A DNA stretch of 64,000 bases. It comes from Planctomycetota bacterium (GTDB taxonomy: Bacteria > Planctomycetota > MHYJ01 > WSZJ01). The notes beneath the pieces are model-generated. The model was not told the DNA's origin. It saw only the letters and a list, made by a program, of their open reading frames with translations, and made no database searches. The position numbers and the translations under genes are program-made. Below are positions 18,738 through 29,090 of this stretch, one piece after another (within the stretch, counting starts at the first letter, position 1; each line of letters starts with the position of its first letter). The stretch lies in assembly GCA_038060895.1 (NCBI GenBank), contig JBBTCT010000034.1, positions 56,951 to 120,950 of the forward strand. Direction: 5' to 3'.

Positions 18738-21700
18738 GGCGCCCCGGCGCCCCCTGTGGCCGCGGGCCGGGCGCGTTCGGGGATGATCCCTTCCCTGAGC
18801 ATGTACTGCACCAGCCAGGAAACCGTCTGGTCGAGGCTGGGATCGGGCCGCGCCTTTCCGGTCGTGGCCCGCGCGCGGCGGTACTCCTCGTTGCTGTAGC
18901 GCTTGTGCTGCATCGCCGCGACCTTGTCCTGCGCTGCGTTGAAGAAATCCACCAGGGGGTAGAGCAGGTCTTCGCGGGTGCAGCGCCGGTTCATCTGTTC
19001 GACGAATTCCGGGATCTCGTAGTAAGTGAAGGGATAGCCGTAGTCGCGCGTGATCGTGCGCGTGACGTCCATCATGTTGTAGTAGTCGTCCACCGTAACG
19101 TGGAACGTCTCGGCCCGGGTCTCTCGCTGGCTGAAAATCGCCGCGATGTTGTGCGCCGCGATGTCCACTGGCAGGAAGCTGATCTGGTTCCTGGCGTTGA
19201 CCGCAACGCCGTGCTGGATCATGAACGAGAGCAGCCTGATCGAAATGTCGTCGCGGCCGCCGATGCCGTCCGCCGAGGCCGAGATCAGCGAGGGGCGGTA
19301 GACCCGGATCTTGAGCCCCTGCTTCCCGGCCGCGTAGACCAGCTGTTCGGCCACCCACTTGCTCTGCGAGTATCCGAAGTCGAGGTTCATCATCTCGAGG
19401 TTGTGGTCGGTTTCGAGAAGCGTCTTCTTTGAGGTCCAGCCGTGGATGAACGTGCTCGAGACCAGGTGGAACTCCTTCGGGACGCCGGTGGCGGCGAAGC
19501 GCAGCAGCTCGCGCGTTCCATCGACGTTGTGGGGCCGCAGGGCGTCGTAGTTGAGGACATAGTTCACGAGCGCTGCGTTGTGACAGACCGCCTGCACCTG
19601 GGTGGTAAGCGCCTTCCACTGCTCCGAAGGCAGGCCGAGATTGTGGCGGGAGATGTCGCCACAGAGGATTCGCACCCGCCGCCCGAGCTGGTCCTCGACC
19701 GCCTGCGTCCAGAGGTTCGCGCGGCGCAGCACCGCACGGATCCGGTCGAGGCCGTGGACCGGGTCGGTGGCGCGCGTCAGGATGGAGTAAGTGTAGGGCG
19801 TCGCTTCCAGCAGGCTCTTGAGCAGGAAGGGGCCGAAGAAGCCGCTGGCGCCGGTCAGCAGCACGTTTGAGATCGCGGCGGGGCTTGCCGGGAGTTCGAG
19901 GCGGGGCAGGTCCAGCAGGGCGTCCGACTTCATGCAGTCGCGCTCGTAGTCCTCGTGCTCGGCCTGGTCCCTCCGCAGCATTTCCTTGAGCGCGTCCAGC
20001 GGCTCGGAGGACGACTTCTCGAACCGGTCGAGCAGGGAGAAGAACCCGGCGACGGTCAGGCGCTGCAGCAGCCGCACGTCGACCTCGTTGACCAGCGACC
20101 CGGCGCCGTGCTCCTGGAGAAGCTGCCGGATGTCCTCGAGCAGCTCCACCAGCGTTAACGAGTCGATGCCGATCTCCGCGAACGTGATCTCCTCGCGGCC
20201 CGTGAGGTTGTAGAGCTCGAGCAGGTACCGGAATCGCCCGCGCAGCCCGCCGGCCTCGGCGCCCGGCTCGGGTCGCTGCTTTGAAGTAAAGCTCGCGATC
20301 ACCGGCATTTCGCCGGCCAGCCATCTCTCGCGATTGCGGCTTCGCGCCAGCTTTCCCGAGGTCGTCCTGGAAATCGTCCCGTGCGGGACGAAGACGAGCG
20401 TTCCCGGTTCCACGTAATACTGCGTCCGGATCGCGCGCATGACCTCCGCGGGATCCGGCTGCTCGGCGGCGCTGCGGATCTCCGCGATCACGACGAGCGC
20501 TTCAGTGCCGTCATCGACATCGAACGCGACCACGCCGTTCTTCCGGATCTTCGGCGAGCAGGCCTCGACGATCGCTTCAATGTCCTGCGGGTAGTAGTTG
20601 ACCCCGTGAATGATGACGAGGTCCTTGATCCGCCCGCAGACGAACAGCTCCCCCTCGTGGGAAAAACCCAGGTCGCCGGAACGAAGGTAAGCACTCCTGT
20701 TTCCTGGCCGGTTGCTGACGGTTCCCCCGAAAACCTCCCGGCTCAGCTCCGGGCGATTCCAGTAGCCCGCCGAGCGGCTGGGCCCGGCGATCCAGATCTC
20801 GCCGATCTGCCCTTCGCCGAGCGAAGCGCGGGTGTCCGGGTTGACGATCTGCACGTCGACCCCGCTGACCGGCCGGCCGCAACTGACGAGCTGCACCTGG
20901 TTGTTGTTGCGCGGCGGGCCGTTCTCGAGATGAAGCGAGCGCTTCTGGAGCAGGGCCTTGTTCACGGTCACAACCCGCCGGCCGTGATTGGACACGGCCA
21001 GGGTGTTCTCAGCCAGCCCGTAGGCCACGACGTAAGCCTCGGGTCGCAATCCATACGGCGAGAAGCGCTTCAGGAACCGGGAGAACGTCCCGGGTCGGAC
21101 CGGCTCCGCCGCGTTCATCATCACGCGCACCGAGCCCAGGTCGATGCCCTCGAGCTGCCCGGACGGCAGCTTGTCCTCGCGCAGGCAGTACTCGTAGCCG
21201 AAGTTGGGTGCCGAGGCGCACGTCGCCTTGAAGCGGCTGATCATCTGCAACCAGAGCGCCGGCCGCTTCAGGAAGCTCTGTGGCGAAATGCCGTACGTCA
21301 TCCCGCCGGCAAGGATCGGAAACAGGTAGTACCCAATCAGCCCCATGTCGTGGTACTGCGGCAGCCACGACACGCCGATCGGGACGTGATCAATCATGCT
21401 TCCGCAGTTGTGGATGACGTTTTCGTGCGAGACGATCACGCCCTTCGGCTCGCTGGTCGAGCCGGAGGTATATTGCAGGAAGAGCGTGGGACCAGGGTCG
21501 TTGTCGAAGCCTGCCGGCGCGAGCCCCCGCACGTCGTCGGTCGCGACCCACTCGAGTTTGGGCAGTCCCGGCCCGGTCCCCCAGGGTGACATGATCCCGC
21601 GCTTGTCCATCAGAGGCTGGTACGAGCGCAGGAACCGGCGAGTCGTGAGCGCGACAGCCGCCGCGCAGTCGTGCGCGATGAACGCCAGCTTGGACATTCC

Positions 21701-22132
21701 CGCCTCAAAATTCATCGGTGTCGGCGGGTAGACGGGGACGGGAATCACGCCGATGCGCGCGCAGGCGAAGAACGCCACGATCAACTCGAGCCCCGGCGGG
21801 TAAACGAGCAGCGCGCGATCCCCGCGCTTCAGACCGAATTCGCCGGCCAGGTTTGCAGCCAGATGACGGGTGCGCTCGTGGAAGGCGAGATACGAGTAGC
21901 GATCGCGCTCGTTGCCGTCCTGGTCGAGGAAGCTGAAGAGCAACCTGTCGGGTTGCAGCGCAACCCAGTGCTCAAGATAGTCGATGACCGAAACCGATGG
22001 CGCGGCGGCCCTGGCGGCCGGCGTAGGAAGAGACGAAAGTGGCACGAGAAGGCGGACCTCCGTAGTTTCCCGTCCCTGGTGGATCCAGGCGAATCGTCCA
22101 CCGGCTGCCCGGACCTGACGGCTTGGGCTCAA
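18710..22132 (-). CDS. Fatty acyl-AMP ligase - acyl carrier - thioester reductase fusion
   Basis: FLQYTSGSTSEPKG, AYGLAENTL, RSGDLGF (FAAL); IGIDSL (carrier Ser); VLLTGASGFFG and GYSQSKWVAE (reductase). True start is probably downstream of 22132. Confidence 0.9.
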   Translation of the reverse strand: MSPSRQVRAAGGRFAWIHQGRETTEVRLLVPLSSLPTPAARAAAPSVSVIDYLEHWVALQPDRLLFSFLDQDGNERDRYSYLAFHERTRHLAANLAGEFGLKRGDRALLVYPPGLELIVAFFACARIGVIPVPVYPPTPMNFEAGMSKLAFIAHDCAAAVALTTRRFLRSYQPLMDKRGIMSPWGTGPGLPKLEWVATDDVRGLAPAGFDNDPGPTLFLQYTSGSTSEPKGVIVSHENVIHNCGSMIDHVPIGVSWLPQYHDMGLIGYYLFPILAGGMTYGISPQSFLKRPALWLQMISRFKATCASAPNFGYEYCLREDKLPSGQLEGIDLGSVRVMMNAAEPVRPGTFSRFLKRFSPYGLRPEAYVVAYGLAENTLAVSNHGRRVVTVNKALLQKRSLHLENGPPRNNNQVQLVSCGRPVSGVDVQIVNPDTRASLGEGQIGEIWIAGPSRSAGYWNRPELSREVFGGTVSNRPGNRSAYLRSGDLGFSHEGELFVCGRIKDLVIIHGVNYYPQDIEAIVEACSPKIRKNGVVAFDVDDGTEALVVIAEIRSAAEQPDPAEVMRAIRTQYYVEPGTLVFVPHGTISRTTSGKLARSRNRERWLAGEMPVIASFTSKQRPEPGAEAGGLRGRFRYLLELYNLTGREEITFAEIGIDSLTLVELLEDIRQLLQEHGAGSLVNEVDVRLLQRLTVAGFFSLLDRFEKSSSEPLDALKEMLRRDQAEHEDYERDCMKSDALLDLPRLELPASPAAISNVLLTGASGFFGPFLLKSLLEATPYTYSILTRATDPVHGLDRIRAVLRRANLWTQAVEDQLGRRVRILCGDISRHNLGLPSEQWKALTTQVQAVCHNAALVNYVLNYDALRPHNVDGTRELLRFAATGVPKEFHLVSSTFIHGWTSKKTLLETDHNLEMMNLDFGYSQSKWVAEQLVYAAGKQGLKIRVYRPSLISASADGIGGRDDISIRLLSFMIQHGVAVNARNQISFLPVDIAAHNIAAIFSQRETRAETFHVTVDDYYNMMDVTRTITRDYGYPFTYYEIPEFVEQMNRRCTREDLLYPLVDFFNAAQDKVAAMQHKRYSNEEYRRARATTGKARPDPSLDQTVSWLVQYMLREGIIPERARPAATGGAGAPQRAKRNAR

Positions 22133-22638
22133 TCCCCGGGTTTTGGCCCCGGCCCATCTCGTGGGAGCGGAACGACGGCATGACGATACCGCGGGGTTTC
22201 GCCGGGGGAACTAATGATTTCGTCCTGCCAACCGTCCGTGGCCTCAACGGCTGAAGAAACTCTGCGTCGCGGCGATTTTCGGAAGCCACGCGGCGCACGC
22301 GGGCGGCAAAGGACACGCGTCCGGCGGCACGCTCCGGAGCAACTGAGTCTTCAGGGGCTCCGCGGCGGCGCGCTCCGGCGATCCCCCTCCCAGGTCGGCC
22401 ACGAGCCGAGCCAGGAGGGCGATATGCGGCGGGCGGTCGACATCAGCGAGGAAGAGGCGGTTGCCGAGAGGGCGTTCAAGATGGTGTGCCGGGCGACGAT
22501 GACTGCGGTACTGTTTGCTCGCCGACGCTCCGACGCTCGCCGCCAGCCATGCGCCCTGACAAGTTCACAATTCTCTGAAACGCCCGCGCGACTCGCCTGA
22601 TCCATCCGGTAGTGACCACAACTACACTGGGCGCCCCC

Positions 22639-23355
22639 ATGACACCGCAAACCGCCGCTTCCGTCCTCGGCGTGACAGGCGCAGAGGACGCCGCCCGGAT
22701 CCAGTCGATCTACGAAGCCCAGGCGGCGGCGCTGGACTCGCGGATCGCGCAGTCCGATGGGGAGGCGCGGGCGCGATACCAGAAGGACCGAGAGGAAGTC
22801 GAGTTGGCGCGGCTGGCGCTCCTGGGCTCCGTCGCCCGGCCGACTTCGGCCCCGCCAGAAGCGGCCAGCCCGGGGCCGTCTCGAGTGCCCGCAAAGCCCG
22901 GCCAGGAGTCTTTCTACGAGGTCCTCATTCCACTCCTCGGCGTCATCCTCTTCGCGGTTCCCAGTGCCATCACGGGCTACTTCCGCCCGGGACATCACCT
23001 GTCGCCGGCGGAGATGGCCCTGAGCATGGCCTGGGCCGGCCCGCTCTGGCTGCTGCTCGGGTTTGCCGGCGTGGCAGTCGTCCACTATCCGTGCAAGGCG
23101 TTGTTCGGGAAGTCGCCCGGCGTGATCGCGATGGTCGCGTATGTGCTTGGCAGCTGGCTGATGTGCCGTCACGGTGATCCGTCCCAGTCGACGACGGACT
23201 TATTCGTCGAGATCAGCGTGACGGCATGCATGTGGATGGCGCTGGGGGTCACCGTTCTCGCCGTCGCCCTCTCTGCGTTCGGTTTCCTCGACAGCAAACC
23301 GCCGCCAAACGAGAGCGGCTCGAACCACTCCCCCGGGCGAGGAGAGAAGTCGTGA
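22639..23355 (+). CDS. Membrane protein with J-domain-like N-terminus
   Basis: MTPQTAASVLGV...IQSIY...EEVELARLALL (no HPD), then about four TM segments. Confidence 0.6.
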   Translation: MTPQTAASVLGVTGAEDAARIQSIYEAQAAALDSRIAQSDGEARARYQKDREEVELARLALLGSVARPTSAPPEAASPGPSRVPAKPGQESFYEVLIPLLGVILFAVPSAITGYFRPGHHLSPAEMALSMAWAGPLWLLLGFAGVAVVHYPCKALFGKSPGVIAMVAYVLGSWLMCRHGDPSQSTTDLFVEISVTACMWMALGVTVLAVALSAFGFLDSKPPPNESGSNHSPGRGEKS

Positions 23356-23556
23356 CCCTTCCCAGACCCACCGAGCGGACACGGGCTTGGGCTGTGGGAT
23401 CTGGGAGAGTTGGTGAACCTGGGCGACTTCAAGGCCAGCGACCTCTACAGGAACTCGCTGAAGGACCATCCGAAGGAACGCTGACTCCGCGTCATCCCGT
23501 CGAGCGAAGCGCCTTCAGCGCGCGGATGCTTCGACTCGTCCGCCTCCGGATTTCCG

Positions 23557-23584
23557 TTGACATGCAACCAATTGGTTGCATGAT
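23557..23584 (+). promoter_or_regulatory. Promoter with 22-bp perfect palindrome, probable ArsR operator
   Basis: TTGACA at 23557 and CATGAT at 23579 overlap CATGCAACCAATTGGTTGCATG (23561-23582). Confidence 0.8.
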
Positions 23585-23590
23585 CGGGGC

Positions 23591-23914
23591 GTGCCGCAAC
23601 TCGACCATGACCGGGTGTTCGCCGCCCTCGCCGGCCGCAGCCGCCGGCGCCTTCTCGACCGCCTCTTCGCCGGTGACGGCCTGACCCTCGGCGCCCTGTG
23701 CCGGCGCCGCGGCATGTCCCGCCAGGCCGTCTCCAAGCACCTCGCGATCCTGGAGCGGGCCGGACTCGTGGTCGCCCACTGGCAGGGCCGCGAAAAACTC
23801 CACTACCTCAACCCCGTTCCCCTCCACGAAATCCACACCCGCTGGATCGCCAAGTTCCAGGCCCCGCGCCTGGAAGCGCTTCAAGGGCTCAAAACCGCAC
23901 TCGAAAGGAAATGA
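23591..23914 (+). CDS. ArsR/SmtB family transcriptional regulator
   Basis: VFAALAGRSRRRLLDRL...MSRQAVSKHLAILERAGLV...GREKLHYLNPVP. Confidence 0.9.
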   Translation: MPQLDHDRVFAALAGRSRRRLLDRLFAGDGLTLGALCRRRGMSRQAVSKHLAILERAGLVVAHWQGREKLHYLNPVPLHEIHTRWIAKFQAPRLEALQGLKTALERK

Positions 23915-24345
23915 CCGTCATGGAGAAACCGACCTTCGTCTACCGCATCGACATCGCCACGACCCCCGAGCGGCTGTGGGAAGCCCTGACCTCCGGCGAT
24001 TTCCTGGCGAAGTACTGGTACGGGCGGCGCTTCCGCACTGACTGGAAAGTCGGCTCCCCGATGCAGACCCTCACGCCGGAGGGCGGCGTCGACTGGGACG
24101 GCCAGGTGCTGGCGTACGACCCGCCCCGCCTCCTCTCGTACACGTTCCAGATCGTCGGTTTCCAGAAGCGCTCCTCCCGGGTCGAATTCGAGCTCGCGCC
24201 GAGAGGCAAGGTCGTCCGGCTGACGCTTCGGCACTACGACATCGAGGAGCGCTGCGTGGAGGGCATCAGCGACGCCTGGCCGGCGTTCTGCTCGACCGTG
24301 AAAAGCCTGCTCGAAACGGGGAGGCCGCTGGAGCTTGCCGAGTAG
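23911..24345 (+). CDS. SRPBCC/AHSA1 domain protein
   Basis: YRIDIATTPERLWEALT...YDPPRLLSYTF...KSLLETG; coupled to the ArsR stop. Confidence 0.9.
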   Translation: MTVMEKPTFVYRIDIATTPERLWEALTSGDFLAKYWYGRRFRTDWKVGSPMQTLTPEGGVDWDGQVLAYDPPRLLSYTFQIVGFQKRSSRVEFELAPRGKVVRLTLRHYDIEERCVEGISDAWPAFCSTVKSLLETGRPLELAE

Positions 24346-24426
24346 AGCCGGTCCTGAGGGCAGGATCGAGATCGCGGTGGCTGAATTTCTTCTGGTGCGA
24401 TCGCGTGAACCCGCTAGCGTGCCCAT

Positions 24427-24939
24427 ATGCCCGCTTCCACCATCGCCGAATACCTCGCCGCCCTCCCCGCCGACCGCCGCGCGGCGCTCACGGCCGTGCG
24501 CAAGGAGATCAACCGGCGGTTGCCGAAGGGCTACGAGGAGGGGATCCAGTTCGGGATGATCGGCTGGTCCGTGCCTCTCGCCGCCTATCCGGCGGGCTAC
24601 GGCGGCAACAAGAAGGTGCCGCTGCCGCTCCTGACGCTGGGCTCGCAGAAGACCTCCATGGCGCTCTACATGCTGTGCTTCTACGGCAACGACGGCCTCA
24701 GGGACTGGTTCGTCGGCGAATACAAGAAGAGCGGCAAGAAGCTCGACATGGGCCAGGGCTGCGTCCGCTTCAGGACGCTCGACGACCTTCCTCTCGACGT
24801 GGTGGGCGGCACGGTGGCGCGCGTGACGCCGGCGGAGCACGCGGCGAATTACCAGGCCGCGCGGGACGAGATGGGCAGGGGCAAGGCCAGGAAGCCTGCT
24901 GCGAAGAAAGAGAAACCCGGCCGCAAGAGCCGGACCTGA
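24427..24939 (+). CDS. DUF1801 (YdhG-like) protein
   Basis: EYLAALPADRRAAL...GYEEGIQFGMIGW...KLDMGQGCVRF. Confidence 0.85.
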   Translation: MPASTIAEYLAALPADRRAALTAVRKEINRRLPKGYEEGIQFGMIGWSVPLAAYPAGYGGNKKVPLPLLTLGSQKTSMALYMLCFYGNDGLRDWFVGEYKKSGKKLDMGQGCVRFRTLDDLPLDVVGGTVARVTPAEHAANYQAARDEMGRGKARKPAAKKEKPGRKSRT

Positions 24940-24942
24940 CTC

Positions 24943-25641
24943 ATGCACCTGGTCCTTCTGCCCGGGATGGACGGCACGGGGCGGCTGTTCGAACCGATCC
25001 TCGGCTGCTTTCCGCCCGGGCTCCGGACGGTTGTCGTCGCGTATCCGCCGGATATCGCGCGCTATGACGACCTGATGCCGATCGTCCGGGCGGCGTTGCC
25101 GCCGGACGACCCGTTCGTCATTGTGGGCGAGTCGTTCTCCGGCCCGCTCGCCGTCCGGGTCGCCGCCGGCAACCCGCGCGGGCTTCGCGCTCTCGTCCTC
25201 ATCGCTTCGTTCGTGCGCCCGCCCGCCCGCTGGCCCTTCCCTGCCCTGCGCGCTGCGGTCGTCGGCCCTTCGGTCGCCGTCGTCCCCTGGCGCGTGCAGG
25301 CACGCTTCCTGCTCGGCCGCAACCCCGACCCGCAGCTCCTGGCGAGAGTGCGCGAGGTGGTGGGAAGCGTTCCGTCGGCAACGATGGCCGGGCGGATCCG
25401 CGAAGTGCTGCGAGAAGACGTTTCCGGCGCCGTGGCAGGCGTGCGCGGGCCGATTCTCTATCTCCGCGCGTCACGAGACGCCATCGTTCCCCGCCGGTGC
25501 GATTTCTTGATCGCGGAGCTCGCGCCCCACGCGCGGATCGAGGAGATCGATGGTCCCCATCTCCTGCTTCAGGCATCTCCCGGGCTCGCAGCGGCATCGA
25601 TCACGGCGTTCGTGCGGCCTCTCATGCAGAGCCAGGCGTAA
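24943..25641 (+). CDS. Alpha/beta hydrolase
   Basis: LLPGMDGTG, GESFSG nucleophile motif, DAIV, GPHLLL. Confidence 0.9.
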   Translation: MHLVLLPGMDGTGRLFEPILGCFPPGLRTVVVAYPPDIARYDDLMPIVRAALPPDDPFVIVGESFSGPLAVRVAAGNPRGLRALVLIASFVRPPARWPFPALRAAVVGPSVAVVPWRVQARFLLGRNPDPQLLARVREVVGSVPSATMAGRIREVLREDVSGAVAGVRGPILYLRASRDAIVPRRCDFLIAELAPHARIEEIDGPHLLLQASPGLAAASITAFVRPLMQSQA

Positions 25642-25728
25642 CATCGCGCAGATCGGCTGGAATTCTCTAACGGGTCTCTTACGTGGCTCCTGACAATGTC
25701 GCGGCCCTTCCCTTTGGAGAAACGTCCC

Positions 25729-26757
25729 ATGAGACTCCTGATCGCCACGGCCTTGCTGCTGACCGTCTCTTCCGCCCGGGCCGAGGACGAGCCGCTCTAC
25801 AAGTCCTCCGTCGTCGGCACCGACTTCGACTACATCCTGGAATCCGACCCGGACATGTTTGTCGAGCTCACGTCGAAGGGCCAGGGCAAGGCGGAGATGC
25901 CCGACAAGACGGACAATGCGGCGGCCCTCATCAAGTCCGCCTTCCTGTTCGTGTCGAATTTCAAGGACGGCACGAGCATCGACATTGCGGTCGACGCCCG
26001 ATTTGAGTCGGAGGAGCCGGCCCGCAAGGAAGCGCTCCGTTACACCCCGCGGCTGGGAAAGCTCCCAACGGTGCTGCGTCGCGGCGTCAAGCGGCTGGTG
26101 ATCCACAAGGGCGGAGAGGACGCCACGGGCTTCAGCGATGTGGGGCTGATCGTCCTGTACTCCGACAACGCGACGAAGCGCATTGGAACGCACGACCTGG
26201 AAGAGACCGTTTTTCACGAGTCGGTGCACGCGGCCCTGGACAAGGAGCACAGCGCGTCTCCCGGATGGCTGGAGGCGCAGAAGAAGGACGGCCGCTTCGT
26301 CACGAAGTACGCCCGGGACAACTCCAAGGGAGAAGACCTGGCCGAGTCGGCGCTGTTCGCCTACACGCTCCTTCACCACCCGGAGAGGATCCCCAAGGCA
26401 GATGCCGCCCGGATCCGCGGCGCGATTCCGGCCAGGATTGCGTTTGTCGAGAAGCTTCTGCCGCCGGGCAAGCCGATTCACTTCACCGTCTGCCTGGTCG
26501 ACCTGACCGATCCGGGGACGTTGAGCGACGTCCTGTCCAATGCGTTGATCGGAGGCCTCGGAAAGGATGAGGTCACCGTCCAGGCGTTCCTGAAGGAGGC
26601 GCGGGGCAAGTCCTCCAAGGCGGAGGATCTCTTCAAGTCGGCGATGGAGAAATTCGGGGTCTCGGAAGCGGCCATGAAGGCAAAGGTTGAGGAGTTCCGA
26701 CACTGCAACTGCAAGCACGGCGACCTGGACGCGAGTCCCCCCGGCGACAAGAAATGA
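25729..26757 (+). CDS. Secreted protein with HExxH motif, possible zinc metallopeptidase
   Basis: Signal peptide; FHESVHAALD and downstream YARDNSKGEDLAES. Confidence 0.7.
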   Translation: MRLLIATALLLTVSSARAEDEPLYKSSVVGTDFDYILESDPDMFVELTSKGQGKAEMPDKTDNAAALIKSAFLFVSNFKDGTSIDIAVDARFESEEPARKEALRYTPRLGKLPTVLRRGVKRLVIHKGGEDATGFSDVGLIVLYSDNATKRIGTHDLEETVFHESVHAALDKEHSASPGWLEAQKKDGRFVTKYARDNSKGEDLAESALFAYTLLHHPERIPKADAARIRGAIPARIAFVEKLLPPGKPIHFTVCLVDLTDPGTLSDVLSNALIGGLGKDEVTVQAFLKEARGKSSKAEDLFKSAMEKFGVSEAAMKAKVEEFRHCNCKHGDLDASPPGDKK

Positions 26758-27212
26758 AACCCGCGAAGAAGCCCGCTTCCCGGAAGTCGCCTGCTCCGCT
26801 CAAGGCCGCCATGACCGGCAGGGCGAGCGACGCGAAGACGGCGGTCGGCGACGAACCGGTCTTCGCCTACATCCGCAGCCTGCCGCAGCCGCAGCGCGGC
26901 ATTGCGGAACGCGTCGATGCGCTGGCGGCCAGGACGCTGCCTGGCCTGCAGCGGTCGGTGAAGTGGGGCATGGCCTGGTATGGCGTCGGCGATGGCTGGT
27001 GCTTCGCGTGCGGCGGCTTCACCGGCCACGTCAAGCTGGCCTTCGGGCACGGCACGTCCCTCAAGCCCGAGCCGCCGGTGACGCCGATCGGCATGGGGAA
27101 ACACACGCGGTGTGAGGAGCTCGCTTCCGCGAACGACCTCGACGAACGCCAGGTCGCCGCGTGGATGAAACAAGCTGCGGCGATACCCGGCTTCGGGGGG
27201 ACGAAGCGATGA
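26754..27212 (+). CDS. DUF1801 (YdhG-like) protein
   Basis: VFAYIRSLPQPQR...VKWGMAWYG...HVKLAFGHGTSLKP. Confidence 0.8.
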   Translation: MKPAKKPASRKSPAPLKAAMTGRASDAKTAVGDEPVFAYIRSLPQPQRGIAERVDALAARTLPGLQRSVKWGMAWYGVGDGWCFACGGFTGHVKLAFGHGTSLKPEPPVTPIGMGKHTRCEELASANDLDERQVAAWMKQAAAIPGFGGTKR

Positions 27213-27309
27213 GCCTGATCGACCGCCGACGCGGGAAGCGAGTCGAGGTGGGGCTTGTCGCCGTTGACCTGGCCCACGCCAGGCGAGAATGCCAGCGGAC
27301 CCGCCGCCT

Positions 27310-28836
27310 CTACACGCCGCCCTCGTCGAAAACCGGAACACCGGCCTTGGCGCAGTCCTCTCTCATGTAGCCGCGCATCATTTCGAACTCCGGGAGGTCG
27401 CCGACTTCGCGAAGGATGGCCGCGCCCTGGCGCCACTTGACCTTCGCCTCTTCAGCTCGACCCGCGGCCAGCAGGCACAGGCACCACGCGCACAGGTGCG
27501 ATCCTTCAAAGCGCCGGTTCCGGATTTCGCGGTGGATGGCAACGGCCTGCTCGAATGCCTGCTCTGCTTCCGAAAATCGGCCCGATTCACCGTACATGCC
27601 CCCCAGGTTCCCGAGCGCGATTCCCTCCGCGCGGCGGTTTCCGATCTCGCGGAGAATGACCAGCGCTTCCACGAAACCGCGCTCGGCCTCCACGGCGCGG
27701 CCGAAGGCCCTGTAGAGCGTCGAAAGGCTGACGATGGCAACGCCCTCCTGGCGCCGGTCGCCAATCTCGCGAAAGATCTCGAGGGACCGTTTGTAGATCG
27801 CTTCTGCGAGGTGGGCACGGCCTGTGCGTTCGTAGAGGATCGCCAGGTTGATCAGCGTCATGCCTTCCACTCTCAGATTGCCGGTTGCGCGGATCCGCAC
27901 GAGCGCCGCATCGAGGAGTCTCTCCGCCTGCGGGCGCCTTCCGGTTTCCTGCAGGACGCTGGCCTGGCTGACCATCAGGATTTCAGCGGAGCGTTCGTCG
28001 CCCGCGGCGCGGAAGCTGGCCATGGCCTGCGCCTGAAGCGATTCAGCCAGTTCCACGCGTCCGGTCTCATGAAGCAGATTCGAAAGCCCCGTGAGCGCCC
28101 TGCCTTCGGCGCCCCGGTCGCCTTCATCGCGGCTCAGGGCCAGCGCACGCTCGAAGCCGCGTTCCGCTTCCGCAAGCCGCCCGGATTCTTTCCAGGTGTT
28201 GGCCAGCAGGACCACGACGTTCGCTTCTGACTTCCTGTCCCCGGCGCCGCGCACAAGCTCCAGCGCCCGTTCGAAAGCTTGCTCGGATTCGCGCGTCCGG
28301 CCGGTCTGTGAGTAAAGGTTGGCCAGGTTGGCCCATCCGAGGCCTTCGAAGCGCAGTCCGCCCGCGGACTGGAGAACCGTGATGGCCTCATTGAGAAGCG
28401 GCTCTGCGCGCCGGGTGCGGCCGGCGAGCAGCGCCGCGTTCGAGGCTCGGCGCAACGATTCACCGCGCTCGATGCCGGTCGCCAATTCCGCGTGAATCCG
28501 CCACAGGCGTTCGGAAGTGTCCCCGCGAAATTGCTGGTCCGCATGCTCGGCGGCCCGGCGCATATAGAGCTTCCTCACCGCGCGCGTCGCCCGGCTGGAA
28601 CTTTTCCCGGCATGGTTCGCCAGCTCCTCCGCCAGGGCGTCCGTCGGGTGCGGCGCAAAGGGCGGCGGGTCGGGAGCTTCCAGCGGCCATGGCGCCGGCG
28701 CGCGCCCCCCGAACGCCGCTTCCGTCAGCACCAGCGCCAGCTCATGCAGCTTCGCGCGGTCGCTCGGGAGCTGAAGTTGATATGCGGCGTCGCGCAGCAG
28801 GGCGTGGCGGAAAAGGTAGACAAGCTCGGAATGCAC
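27310..28836 (-). CDS. Tetratricopeptide-repeat protein, paralog of 7212..8747
   Basis: GTG start (MHSELVYLFRHALLRDAAYQLQLP) 7 nt after TACATT; 40-aa repeats; shared C-terminal CAxAGVP. Confidence 0.85.
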   Translation of the reverse strand: MHSELVYLFRHALLRDAAYQLQLPSDRAKLHELALVLTEAAFGGRAPAPWPLEAPDPPPFAPHPTDALAEELANHAGKSSSRATRAVRKLYMRRAAEHADQQFRGDTSERLWRIHAELATGIERGESLRRASNAALLAGRTRRAEPLLNEAITVLQSAGGLRFEGLGWANLANLYSQTGRTRESEQAFERALELVRGAGDRKSEANVVVLLANTWKESGRLAEAERGFERALALSRDEGDRGAEGRALTGLSNLLHETGRVELAESLQAQAMASFRAAGDERSAEILMVSQASVLQETGRRPQAERLLDAALVRIRATGNLRVEGMTLINLAILYERTGRAHLAEAIYKRSLEIFREIGDRRQEGVAIVSLSTLYRAFGRAVEAERGFVEALVILREIGNRRAEGIALGNLGGMYGESGRFSEAEQAFEQAVAIHREIRNRRFEGSHLCAWCLCLLAAGRAEEAKVKWRQGAAILREVGDLPEFEMMRGYMREDCAKAGVPVFDEGGV

Positions 28837-29090
28837 GGCCGCCAATGTACTCACACAAATTTGAACCTCGCCAGCTTCACGGGTATTCGCCTGGGACCGG
28901 CGACGCCATGGACTTCCTGGCCTTGCGGGCTCAGGCGGGAAGCTGCTTAAAGTGCCGCACGCCCGCCCTCGCGGAATTGAAATCTGCGCGACGAGGCGCC
29001 TGTTCCCGCTTGACCTGGGCCTGTGCGGAGGTCCAGAGTGGCCGTTGGTGAAGGCCTTTGACCCCCCAGGAGGGCGACGGGAGCGACCCC

